DNA from: Vermamoeba vermiformis
Lineage: Eukaryota
Length of the DNA stretch: 20,832 nucleotides
Assembly (NCBI GenBank): GCA_045837725.1
Contig: JBEWZL010000135.1
Span: 62,001-82,832 of the forward strand
Direction: 5' to 3'
Below are positions 10,837 to 20,832 of the stretch, one piece after another. A program made the position numbers and the translations under genes. The stretch's first letter is position 1; every line of letters starts with the position of its first letter. The notes beneath the pieces are model-generated. The model made no database searches. It saw nothing but the letters and a program-made list of their open reading frames with translations, and was not told where the DNA came from.

Positions 10837-12766
10837 TTAAATGAACTTGACCTGGATGCTGACACCAACTCCGGGCAAAGAAGGATCAGTAACGTCCAAA
10901 TAGGCACCGTCCTATACACTAACAAATATTAACACTACTAAAACAAAATTAACGCCATTAAACAGGTACTTACGGGGAACAATTCCTTGCACTGCTTCTC
11001 CAAGTTGGGTCTGGTGGCCTTTTCTAAGGGAGCAGGCTGTTGCATGTACAATGAAATAGTCTTGGCACCCTCGGGAGTGTAACGAATGCTAGGTTTCTTC
11101 AACATACTAATGATAAAAGACGTTAGTCCGGTCACATCTAGATCGAGATCACGAGTGGATCAGCGTAGCTCCATTGAACTTACAATTTGCTGTTGTTGCC
11201 CAACTCTTCCTTCAAGTCGTTGAGAGTGGCCTCGCCGCTGAATTCCAATGACAAAGGCTCACCACCGCAGACAGGGCAGTGCTTCTTCTTTTCAAAGTTG
11301 AAGGTGTACGTGTAGACGGATTGTTGGCCGTTGTACATCATGTAGTTGTTCAAGTACTTGCTGGACTTGGTGGCAATCTTGAAGGCCTCGTTGGCGCAAG
11401 CAGCAGCAATGATGGCGTTAGTGGCGGCAATAGCGGGAATGATGCGCTTGACGACACCTTGGGTCAATCTGTAGGTCACGCCGTTGATGTTGAATTGCTT
11501 GGCACGTTCAGCAGCCTTTTCGAAGATCCAGGTCATGTGTTCCGGACTGTCCTTGTCGAGCTTGACGTCGGGGAAGGCGTCAGGGAACATGACAGTCATG
11601 GCGTACTCAATGCAGTGCTCGGGTTGACGAGGAGTGTGCGCCAAAGTGCACATAGGGAAGTTCATCGGGTCCTTAGGGAACATCTCCAACGAGCACTCGA
11701 AGCACGAGGTGACGCGCGGCAAGATAACTCTTGCTTGGCCCTTGAAACCTTCAGTACCACCGTCGACCAAAGGAATGACAGTGTCGGGATCGGGCTTGCC
11801 GTCGTCATCGTATTGGACCAAGTTGGCCAATGTAGTGTTGATCCAGCGACGAGCTTCAACGGAGTCCAAACCAGCAATGATCAAAGTGAATTGGCAGTAA
11901 AAGTCATCGTCCTTGTCTTGGATCTTGCAGAAATGACTGGTGAGGTTAGTTAAGGAAAAATAATAATGAATGTATGGTAATAATTTAAGTTCTTATGTTA
12001 GGGTTGAATAAGGATACGGAACGACGTTAGCGCCAGGAACACGCTTGTTAATGAAAGCAGCGGCACATTCAGCCTTAGCCTTGCCAACATCACCAGCTCT
12101 ATACGAACAACATTAATATTATGCACATTTGCACGCAAAAGTGCGAGAATAAAATACAAAATAATATTACTAAGAACGACTGAGTGATTGAAATAAATGT
12201 GGAATCTGATCTGCATGGAGCCGCTATTTGTGGCGGTTATGCTCATAATATAACTATATTTATGTAATAAATACCTGAATAAAAATTGTCTGTTCAAGTT
12301 GGAAATGTCGATCGTATCCATATCAATAACATCAATATTGCGGAAACCAACGAGAACCAAGTCCTTAAGAAGCTCGCAGCCCAAACCACCAGCACCAATA
12401 ACCAAAATTCTAGAATCTTCCAACAAAAATTGCTTGTTCTGTCGAGAAAGAAGTCAGATTGACCAGCAAATAATTACATTGTTTAATTTTATTACAAAAT
12501 TATCAAAACTCGGTATTTATGGTCCATAATTACGCTAATTTTTTGAAGTAATATATTTTCCATTTTAACACGTCGTAGAGTATCTCTAGCGAGTTATGGT
12601 CTTTAAAATTAAATTTGTGGGTATTACTTAAATTTAATAGATTCTCATCAATACTTACAGCTCCATTATCAGGAGTATCAGGTTCGAAGCCAACAGCCGC
12701 GGAAGGTCCGCTTCGGCTCAACAATTTGTCGATGTCGGCCCAACGTTCAGCAATATCAAGAGACAT
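10837..12766 (-). CDS. UBA3: NEDD8-activating enzyme E1 catalytic subunit
   Basis: [66 protein letters not shown], catalytic [41 protein letters not shown] and a C-terminal E2-binding domain ending ...VSIQVKFI*. 5 coding introns plus a probable 5'UTR intron (~12769-12831). Confidence 0.96.
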
Positions 12767-13109
12767 GACTAATACGCTATTATATTAATATCCACACGTG
12801 TAATTGAGCCTAATAAGTTGATTATAGGTACCTTAGTGTTCTTTGGTGCTTAGTAAATGGTTGAAATAATTTGGTCTATTTTTCCTCCGTGCTTGCACAG
12901 GAACACACGTGCAATCGTTGAGACCATCACTCATTATTTAGAACATTCCATAATATTTCGTTGAGCTCACTACCACCGGTACGTTTCCTGGAAATTATCG
13001 ATCTGCTCTATTTATTTGATCGTTGGATGAAAATCTTTTTTCATTTGTTTTAATTTGCCCAAGCACCATACGGCATCAGTTAATATTTGTTGCGTATAAT
13101 ATTGGTATA
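12767..13109. promoter_or_regulatory. Probable bidirectional promoter region between UBA3 and the AlkD-like gene
   Basis: The two genes are divergent with starts ~340 nt apart. Two copies of CACACGTG (E-box core CACGTG) at 12793-12800 and 12904-12911. Confidence 0.4.
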
Positions 13110-14291
13110 ATGAGTGCCTCGACTGTTACTTCCGTTGTGACGTCCATCCGCAACACGCTGCAACAAAATGCCAACAAAGCAGACAGTCAAATGATACAAA
13201 AATATTTTAAAAATGTCCTCGAATTTCATGGCATTCGTGCCCCGAAGCTCAACGCCCTGTTCAAAGAGCTGTACTCGAGCCAGATTAGCGAGCTGGATAC
13301 AGACGAGCAACTGAAGGTGGCTTACAGCTTGTTTGACTCTAAACTAGGCGAAGAGAAGTCTATAGGATGCAGGATCCTAACTAAGAACACGAAGAAGCTC
13401 GGCGTTCAACATCTGCCTCGTCTGGAGGAGTTAATCGACAATCACATTTACGACTGGTAAGTTGAAGTAGCCACACCTGGTGAAGATATCTAGTTATTAA
13501 TGTTGCTAAAAGGGGCACCGCAGACAAGTTTAGTGGCCAAGTCATGCACTTCCTGATCACGAAGGACAAAAAAGTTCCATCGTTGATTGCCAAATGGTAC
13601 GATTATTGAAACCTTGTAGGCACGCTCAATATAATATCTTTACTAAGTCTGGAATAGGAAAGACGCGGAGAACGTTTGGCGAAAGAGAGTCAGTTGCGTG
13701 TCGTTTGTCAAACTCGCGCGACACGGCAAGTATAACGATATTATATACGACATCTGTGAAACTACTGTCAAGTGCAACGAGCGCTTCGTCCAGTTGGGGG
13801 CAGGGTAAGTGGACTACAATAGTTTTTATTCCTATACGATTGCTTATAATGTGCCCTAGATGGGTTCTTCGAGAGCTCTCACTAGCGGATCTCGGTGCCG
13901 TTGTTAGCGCCGTAGCAGCGATCAAAGGATTCTTGCCCGTCGTCAAAGAAGTCCTCAACATTATTCAAAAAGGCGTCCAAACAGCGCAGCAAGTTTTAAA
14001 TACTGTTGATGAAAAATTAAAAGGCCTTCCGCTCGCCGATAATCAGAAGAAAGCTTTACGAGAGTAAGAATTAAGTTCTAATGATATTAACAATGTTAAT
14101 TGTCACGCAGACTCGCAGCTTGCGCTCCCTCGAAGCTCATTGATGGCACAAATATACCAAAGTCTACATTACAAGAGGTCGGAAAGAGATTCGGCGAAGC
14201 GTTCGAGGTGGATGTGACCAACTTCGCCGATCAATTTACGAACGCATTGAATGAAGTCACTACTATTGATCCTAGAATCCACACTAATTAA
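13110..14291 (+). CDS. AlkD-family (HEAT-like repeat) DNA alkylation-repair glycosylase with an unrelated C-terminal extension
   Basis: Exons 13110-13456, 13513-13596, 13658-13804, 13860-14063 and 14111-14291. AlkD signatures: KYFKN..FHGIRAP, YDWGTAD (W..D), ENVWRKR, ERFVQLGSGWVLRELS. After 'LADLGAVVS' the sequence is no longer AlkD-like. Confidence 0.82.
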
Positions 14292-14387
14292 TACTATACA
14301 CAATCCTGTATTAAAGCAAATACCAGTAAACGGATCTCAAAAGATTGATTTATTGCCAGATGCGAAGAGGCCTCTTCAGGCATCATT

Positions 14388-17300
14388 TTACTTCTTAATT
14401 ACAAGTATACTATTCTCGCCGTCATATCCGAGAATCAGCTGGTTGTTGGAGTTTGATTCGGCAATGTTCATCGGATCTTCGTTCAGAATCCACAAACAAA
14501 TGTCAGTACTAAGAATCTGCGCCACGTTATACATATGCAAATGCAATCCTCCTCTGTGGACGAAGAATTCTTCGTCTAACGTGATATAATCACCGACTTT
14601 GCCGTTTTGCAAGAACGTCGTAAGGAGATCCAAAGACGTCAATTTCTCTTTTGCTAGCAACTGAAATTCCTCTAGTATTAAATATTTGAATAAGATATTA
14701 GCAAAAAAGTCCTCTGTGCTTACGGATTGAAGTCGGTAAAACCAGATCCGTATTGTCAAAGCTTTTCGCGTGTGCTTTCAACTGCAACCAGATATCGTTA
14801 TCAATGTATGTCTTAGTATTACCTTGCTCAAACAGCAATCTCTTGTCAGTAATTATTCTCGGAATTTTTGCGCCTGCGGCAATAATAATACTGGTGAAGT
14901 GCGATCGTAGCAAAGAGACGGTTTCAAGCTTCGGAAACTTGGTCAAATCGAGTGTCGTCGTTGTTCGGCGCAGCGAGCCAAAGTAAGCACCATCGTTGAG
15001 TGAAATTGAGCGCAAGTTAACGAAGTTGGTGTGTGCGATTGTTTCATCGAGGTGTTCGATTGAATAGGAGCCACCGCTCAGATCCAAGTGGGTCAATTTG
15101 GACAATAACGAGAGCTTATTGAGAGAGTACTTTTTGTGCTCATTGACGATCATCTTCACTCGCTTCAGATCCGGTAATTTGCCTTGTACAAAAAAAATTA
15201 GTGCTTTTGACTAGAAAACTTTCAAACTAATTTTTTTTCAGATTGCGCTGAGATTTCTGGCATTTCAGAACTTAATCGGTTAAACGAACTTACTTTTCAT
15301 TTCTCGATAGATTTTCTCCTCGAGGTTGCTTTTCTCCGTCATATTTTTCGTCAACACTAATCCGATAGCTTTGTGGTGCGTTGGTTCTACAAAAACATCA
15401 TTAAATTATTAACGCTATAAATTTTCAAAGTACCAGCAATTAAGCCCCATCCAAGTCTATTCTTCAAAGCTTGTTCGGTTAATTTGTCTTCGACCACTAA
15501 GATTATGTGCGGGAGTTCTTGCGGCTGATTAAAATTGATCTTTTTCTGCACAAAGTACAAGATGGCATTCCAAATCTTAGGGTACAATGGTCTGAAGTCC
15601 GTGGATATCGATGACGTGTTCGAAATTGACGCAGATCTAGAGCAACGAGGTTATTAGTTGCTGCATATAATGGCCACAAAAAACCACAAATTTGATGACT
15701 TACGTTGCCGATGTATGAGAATTCGAGGAATTAACCGTTGATTCTGAGACTTTGTTGAAGGCTTCAAGTACCGCAGCAGAAAGTTCTTTTGTAATGCTCG
15801 TCTCGATTTGCTTTCGTTTTTGTTCTGAGACCTGAAGTTCGTTCAATCGCGTGCTTCTGGAGCTGAATTCTTTTTGAAGCTGAGTTGAGATCGATGACTC
15901 GACAGCCCGACTAATCTGTGTCATTTCTTCTTTCAATTTGTTGCCTTCGTAATTCGAATTTTCAGTCGTCGTAAAAGTTTGGTGTACGCGACGGCTGTTT
16001 GACTCCGTGATCGAGTTACTTTGTTCTTCTTGAATGGTATGCGATAAATTCATCGTTTTTGCATAATTACTCGATTTCCTAGAAAAAATTGTTAGCAAGT
16101 GCAGCATGATGCAGCTGTCTTTACGTACGAGGTTGCAGCACGATCTGACTGATTATTTTCTCTTCTTAACTCATTGCGAATGGTGAAAGCAGTCGTTTGA
16201 TCTGCTTTGTTTATCGATTCATTCGTGGAAGCCGAACTGATTTTAGAGGACGTACTAATGCTGATCTAAATAGCAAAGCGTTAGTTTTGTACAAAATAGC
16301 ATGAATTTGCGAATTTGAAAAAATTACCGTAGAGCTGCTACCGATGAGTTCATCAACAAATATGACAATAGCTGTGCGACCACCTGAGTGTTTGCACTCT
16401 TCAAATCGCTGCTTCATGTAGCCTTCGAACTCGTTTTCATCTTTCAAATCGAACGACTCGCGATTGACCACTTGAATCAGTGAAAAATTGTAGTACGTGA
16501 AGAGCGGAAGAAGCAAGTTGTAGACGATACTAGGGCTGTGCCTGCTTTCATCAAACAGGCCGCAAATGTCTGACAGTAACGGCGCGAAATGAAATCCACG
16601 GCACAATTCCATTTCTAACTGCGGAGTGCCCGTCAAATTCACGATGAACCTGCCAGTCAACGAGCCAGTAGACTTTGGGTAGTGTTCTTGAATAAACAGT
16701 TTCCGTCCAACTAATCCATCGTAATCGGAAAACGCTGATCGGTCTTGATTGGACTAAACAGTTATAATTAGAGATGCAATGAATTGATGTGAAGGAGTGC
16801 TGCACTTACGAGACTGAGGTAGTTCCATTGCAAATTTGGCTTGTCTCTTTTTCTCAAGTACTTTTCAATCGCTTTCACGAACAATTTTGCAGTCAAAGTC
16901 GCATTTGCGTCTCGTCTTCGCTTCTTCAGAATTTTGTTGGCCACGTGATTTTTGATTGTTGCGATTTGAGCCACCGTGAAATTGGTCAATTTCGATTCTA
17001 AATACCCCTAGAATATCGGAAGAATTAGCTTTACTATTGCGTATTCGATATTAATTTTCTTACTTTGAAAACAGGGTTTGCGACTAGCTTATCGAACGTG
17101 GCTGTCCAATCAGGAAATTTCGTGCTCTTTTCCCACCCAGCGCGAATCATCTTAATAGTGCTACTAACGATCATAGGCCCAATGAAGATATGATAGCCAA
17201 CTCTGCCATCGCGAATAACAGCAGCGTCGAGCTTTTCTTTGAAATTAGTCGCAAGAATGACGAACAAGTTGTGGTACTCTTTGGAGCCAACAATAGCGAT

Positions 17301-18314
17301 AAACTGGTTCAAAAAGTCGCTTTTGTAACCTTGTTTCTAAGAATTATCGGTTAATCTTGTATTCATGAACCACTATGAAAAGATCAGTTCTTACATCCGC
17401 AGATCGATCACCTCCGATGGAGTCAAATTCATCCACAAACATGCAATAGGACTCATTAGGGTTTTGTTTGCATTTATCTGCTTCTTCTCGAATTCTCTTT
17501 TCAGTCTCGCCGACTTCCTTGGTGACGAATCTAGCTGCACTTCCTCGACCGGTTATATTTGCTCCGCGAAAGAACATCATTATGAAATCTGCAAGATTCG
17601 TCTTGCCAGTACCTTAGTAACAGTTTAGTCTAGCTAAGCGACAAGTTATAGACCACATCCGTAGTCTTACCTGGCGGACCGTACAGCAAGACTCCTGCCG
17701 GCCTTCCAAACCATTCTTCGCTCGCTAACGGATACAAAATGTCGTTTCTCAATTTCTTAAGCAGTAAATCATCGTAAAATCGGCCCCTAAAAGAATAAAG
17801 AATTAAAATTTTTCTGGATGTTGCAAGGTCAACTTACTGCGCAGCCTCAGCTTGCTTCCACTCATTAATACGATCATCAATATTAGAAATATCCAGAGGT
17901 ACGAATGGTTTGTTCGACGAGCCAGGCTGCTGAGAACCACTGACAGTCACAAGACTTTTGGCCTCGCGATCTAACTCCATTGTAAGTATTTTCATTAATT
18001 AATTCTAGGAACTTACTTTGTATTGCCGTTATAAATCTGCACTCGAGATAAAATCCGCCATTTTCTTGTTTGACATCCGTAAGCTTGATCCTTCGTCTTG
18101 CAGCAGTGATGGTAATTCCAAAATAACCTACTGCTGTAGGATCGTGACTCAGTACTTGTAGAAGGGATTCAGCTGCATTAATAAAACCACTGCCAACGAC
18201 GCAATCGCGGATGTCGTTGTAGGTTGCTTCATCCGTCCACAGAAGTTTGACTGAATGCTTTACGCTGGGCGCAGTATCGAAACTAAAATGAATGATTAAT
18301 GTACGACCTTCCAT
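14388..18314 (-). CDS. Large AAA+ ATPase: N-domain, active AAA (D1), degenerate AAA (D2) with Ser/Thr-rich/coiled-coil insert, LRR-like C-terminus
   Basis: 12 hand-spliced GT-AG introns give one ORF from ATG 18314 to TAA 14388. Walker A GVLLYGPPGTGKT, pore loop TKEVGETEKRIRE, Walker B CMFVDEFDSI, sensor-1/SRH VILATNFKEKLDAAVIRDGRV, second Walker-B-like AIVIFVDELIG. LRR-like segments LTHLDLSG, LRSISLND, LDLTKFPKLETVSL. AATAAA lies just downstream. Confidence 0.8.
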
Positions 18315-18584
18315 AGGTGACGGTATTAACAAATAAAGTGAAGGATTCGCAAAAACCGAATTTTGTAAACAGATCTAAATAATTCACACTCAATTCTTTC
18401 ACTTTTTGAAAGAATAACTTGTTAACGCAAGCAATAGGACCGAAAATCATACGACTTTTAAGGAATATGTAATCTTACCTGATCAGCCGATCCAAGTTGA
18501 AGATCTCACGACCAAAGAATTGAAAAGGTATAAATAACGGTTTGTTCGACCATTTTCAATTTTCTGCGCAACAATCACAACACA

Positions 18585-19296
18585 ATGCAAGGCACTCCTA
18601 TGTATAAGAAAACTTTCAGCAAACAAGACGGCGATAATAGCTACTTCGGCTCTGTTACCTTCACGGAACCAGCGTCAGAGGAGCAAGACGGCCAATTCTT
18701 TTGCGAAGCGATCAACTCGTCATCTCTTCGTTACTACACGTTTCAGACGAACGTGACGCTCTTGCAAAGCTTGCAGTACCAACAAATCTTCAATATACTT
18801 GGACACAACGCCAACAGGTACACGTTGGTCGGGCACCAACTTCGCATTGACTCGCAGACTACTCCTGGCGTGCAAGTGATTGGTGCATCAGCAATTTGAC
18901 AACACTGACGACCGCTTGACAACACTTGCAAAGCTGACACAAAAGCAATTAGACTACGTGAACAGCCAGCTGGTGCAACTCCATACCTTGCAGCAGGAAG
19001 TTACTACGCTAAAGGGACACGTCGTCAATCCAAATCGAATCATCTTGAGAGTTACGAAGAGATATTGCCGGGATTACAAGTTCTGCTTCACTGAAATAAT
19101 TGCCTTGACGAGAGAACCCAGCGGGTGGGTTTGGAAGAGCCAAAGTGCCACTGACGATAAATGGATCACTGACGTCAAGTCGCCGGATGGCAGGACAGTG
19201 AATATGAATCTGTGGGGCCAAAGAATCAGCTACACGACGCCTGCAGCTGAGTGGCGCCAAATTTCGAGCCACGATGTTTTGATTGAAACTGTATAA
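18585..19296 (+). CDS. Intronless hypothetical protein (N-domain, coiled coil, Trp/beta-rich C-domain) split by a +1 frameshift
   Basis: ORFs 18585-18899 and 18880-19296 overlap by 20 nt in the +1 frame. Both look protein-like. Heptad region LTTLAKLTQKQLDYVNSQLVQLHTLQQEVTTLKG. AATAAA near 19326. Confidence 0.6.
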
Positions 19297-19797
19297 TATC
19301 CGTGGTAAGCTTGGTTGAGCTTATAAATAAACTTGACGTACATTGGCTTTGAAATCAAGAGTCATTTGGCCGATTAGTTTCTGGTTTTTCATTAATAATT
19401 TAAATAAATTTGTAATAATATTATTATTATCCTTGTCAACAGTGTAACCAAAAGTAAAAGTCAATATTTGCGATAGAAATAATTAATAATATTCATATCC
19501 CTTTGATCCCGGCGCACGAAAAAAAATTTATAAATATTGAAGGGACAATTATTTTAGCGGGTTATTAGCAACATTGATTTTTTGGTAGGGTATTTTAATT
19601 ATTCTAAGCTTACAGTAATTTATGGCGAAGGGTGGTGCGGAGATCGGGTGAGGATCACTAAATCTGCCGTTGTAAGATGGTGTTTTCCATAATTTGGCAT
19701 ACGCAACGTTGAATTATTTATACCCATCGTTGTGTGTATGAGTAAAATCTTGTAGACAAAAATACAGTCCCGAATTTTTCCATTTATCTGTTTCTGG

Positions 19798-20832
19798 ATG
19801 GAGGCGACAACACATGTGCACACTAGAGTTGTGGAATGCGGACCGGACAATTCTGTTGACCGGTCTAGCGTCCGCCATGACTATAGGGTGGTTAGCTTGT
19901 CCGCCACCAGCCAAAACAAGATCGTTGGTGCAGCCTTTCGGCGTTTATTCAAAATTGATCCAGAAAATAAGAAAAATATTCCTCTAAGGTACGTATTTAT
20001 TTCTTATTAGTTTTGGGAATTTGTTGCGTAAATTAAAATTTTAATTAATTAAATTAACTTAATTAGTAACGGCTAGTTTTTAGGGCGGTAATCTCGACCC
20101 TTTTAGCAGAGGAGCCCAATATTACAATGCCCTACGGCAAGCTTGAGGAGTTCGTAAAGCAGATAATTGCTGGCGATTTGAAGGTGAAAAATTCAGATGG
20201 CGTTTTAGAGCGGTTCTACTCTTTAACTTGGAACTGCAGCCTGATTTGTACAAAACCAATTGAAATTGGTAAGTATTTATCGATAAATAGTATTGAGCAA
20301 TTAAATCTAATGTCACAATTTTAGATTCACCGATCTACGACACCCTTAATGATACCGCCTTTATTGACTCCGAGCCTATTACTTGCTTTGAACAATTGAT
20401 TGAGGAGAGTACGCATACTGAATTACCTGCGTAAGTAAGATTACCGTCAGTGGGGTTAATTATAATGATCTCGTGACACAGGGCTACGGAAATGGTCTCA
20501 GCTTTCGGCGTTGATATTCTGGTCTATCACCAGTTTTTTGACGAGTCTGAATACTCATCCTTTAAATCCTCGCTGTTCCAAGACATTTTGTTCTCACCAG
20601 AGGGCAAGATCAATGAACGGTTGACTGCAGTTACCAAACGGCTGTATGCAGTGTACGGAAATACAGGCACCGGTATCTCCTATAAGTATGATTCAATATA
20701 TCAATTTTATTTATTCTAACAACTACTATGAAGCAATTTCTACCGTGATTCTACGAATCAAACACCCGAGTGCATCCAGCTACTATTCCGAAAACTACGC
20801 GACTTTGGCTACTTTTGCAGTCACTCAACTTG
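19798..20832 (+). CDS. Hypothetical protein, 3'-partial (start uncertain)
   Basis: GT-AG introns join MEATTHV...KNIPLR|AVISTLLAEEPNITMPYGKLEE...PIEI|DSPIYDTLND...ELPA|ATEMVSAFG...GNTGT|AISTVILRIKHP... in one frame running off the window end. No family recognised. Confidence 0.65.

Noticed and set aside
11279-11953. 224 aa + strand ORF
   Set aside because: Antisense shadow of the codon-biased long UBA3 exon, with no independent features.
18876-18891. 16-nt GT...AG segment whose removal would repair the frameshift
   Set aside because: Introns this short are known essentially only from heterotrich ciliates. Confidently modelled introns here are 45 nt or longer, and the segment has a weak donor and no branch point.
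20030-20066. AT-only quasi-palindromic tract
   Set aside because: Ordinary low-complexity intron sequence.
1-20832. Prokaryotic operon, CRISPR, tRNA/rRNA, transposase or alternative genetic code as explanation of the fragmented ORFs
   Set aside because: Spliceosomal introns explain almost all of the fragmentation, and conserved genes translate cleanly with the standard code. I saw no repeat-spacer arrays, RNA genes or transposase motifs.

Overview
Gene-dense eukaryotic nuclear DNA with the standard genetic code and about 60 short (mostly 45-120 nt), AT-rich spliceosomal introns with GTAAG/GTACG donors and YTRAY branch points. The organism is probably a free-living protist, possibly amoebozoan; this is inference from genome style only. 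The left ~13.9 kb holds mostly recognisable genes: the 3' part of an unknown gene, a PAQR/AdipoR-type membrane protein, an EPHX3/4-like epoxide hydrolase, a Cys-rich GPI-anchored surface protein, a divergent eS24 (RPS24) paralogue with a +1 frameshift, mitochondrial EF-G2 (GFM2), UBA3 and an AlkD-family DNA glycosylase. Inside the last AlkD helix the sequence switches in frame to an unrelated protein tail, and the rest of the window consists of genes I cannot name. The most striking is a ~1,050-1,100 aa protein with an active classical AAA domain, a degenerate second AAA domain split by a ~190 aa Ser/Thr-rich and coiled-coil insert, and C-terminal LRR-like repeats. It lies head-to-head with an intronless, frameshifted coiled-coil/beta-domain gene. 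Other oddities are three GC-AG introns and recurrent GATC motifs in introns. All gene models were spliced by hand, so exon boundaries may be off by a few nt.
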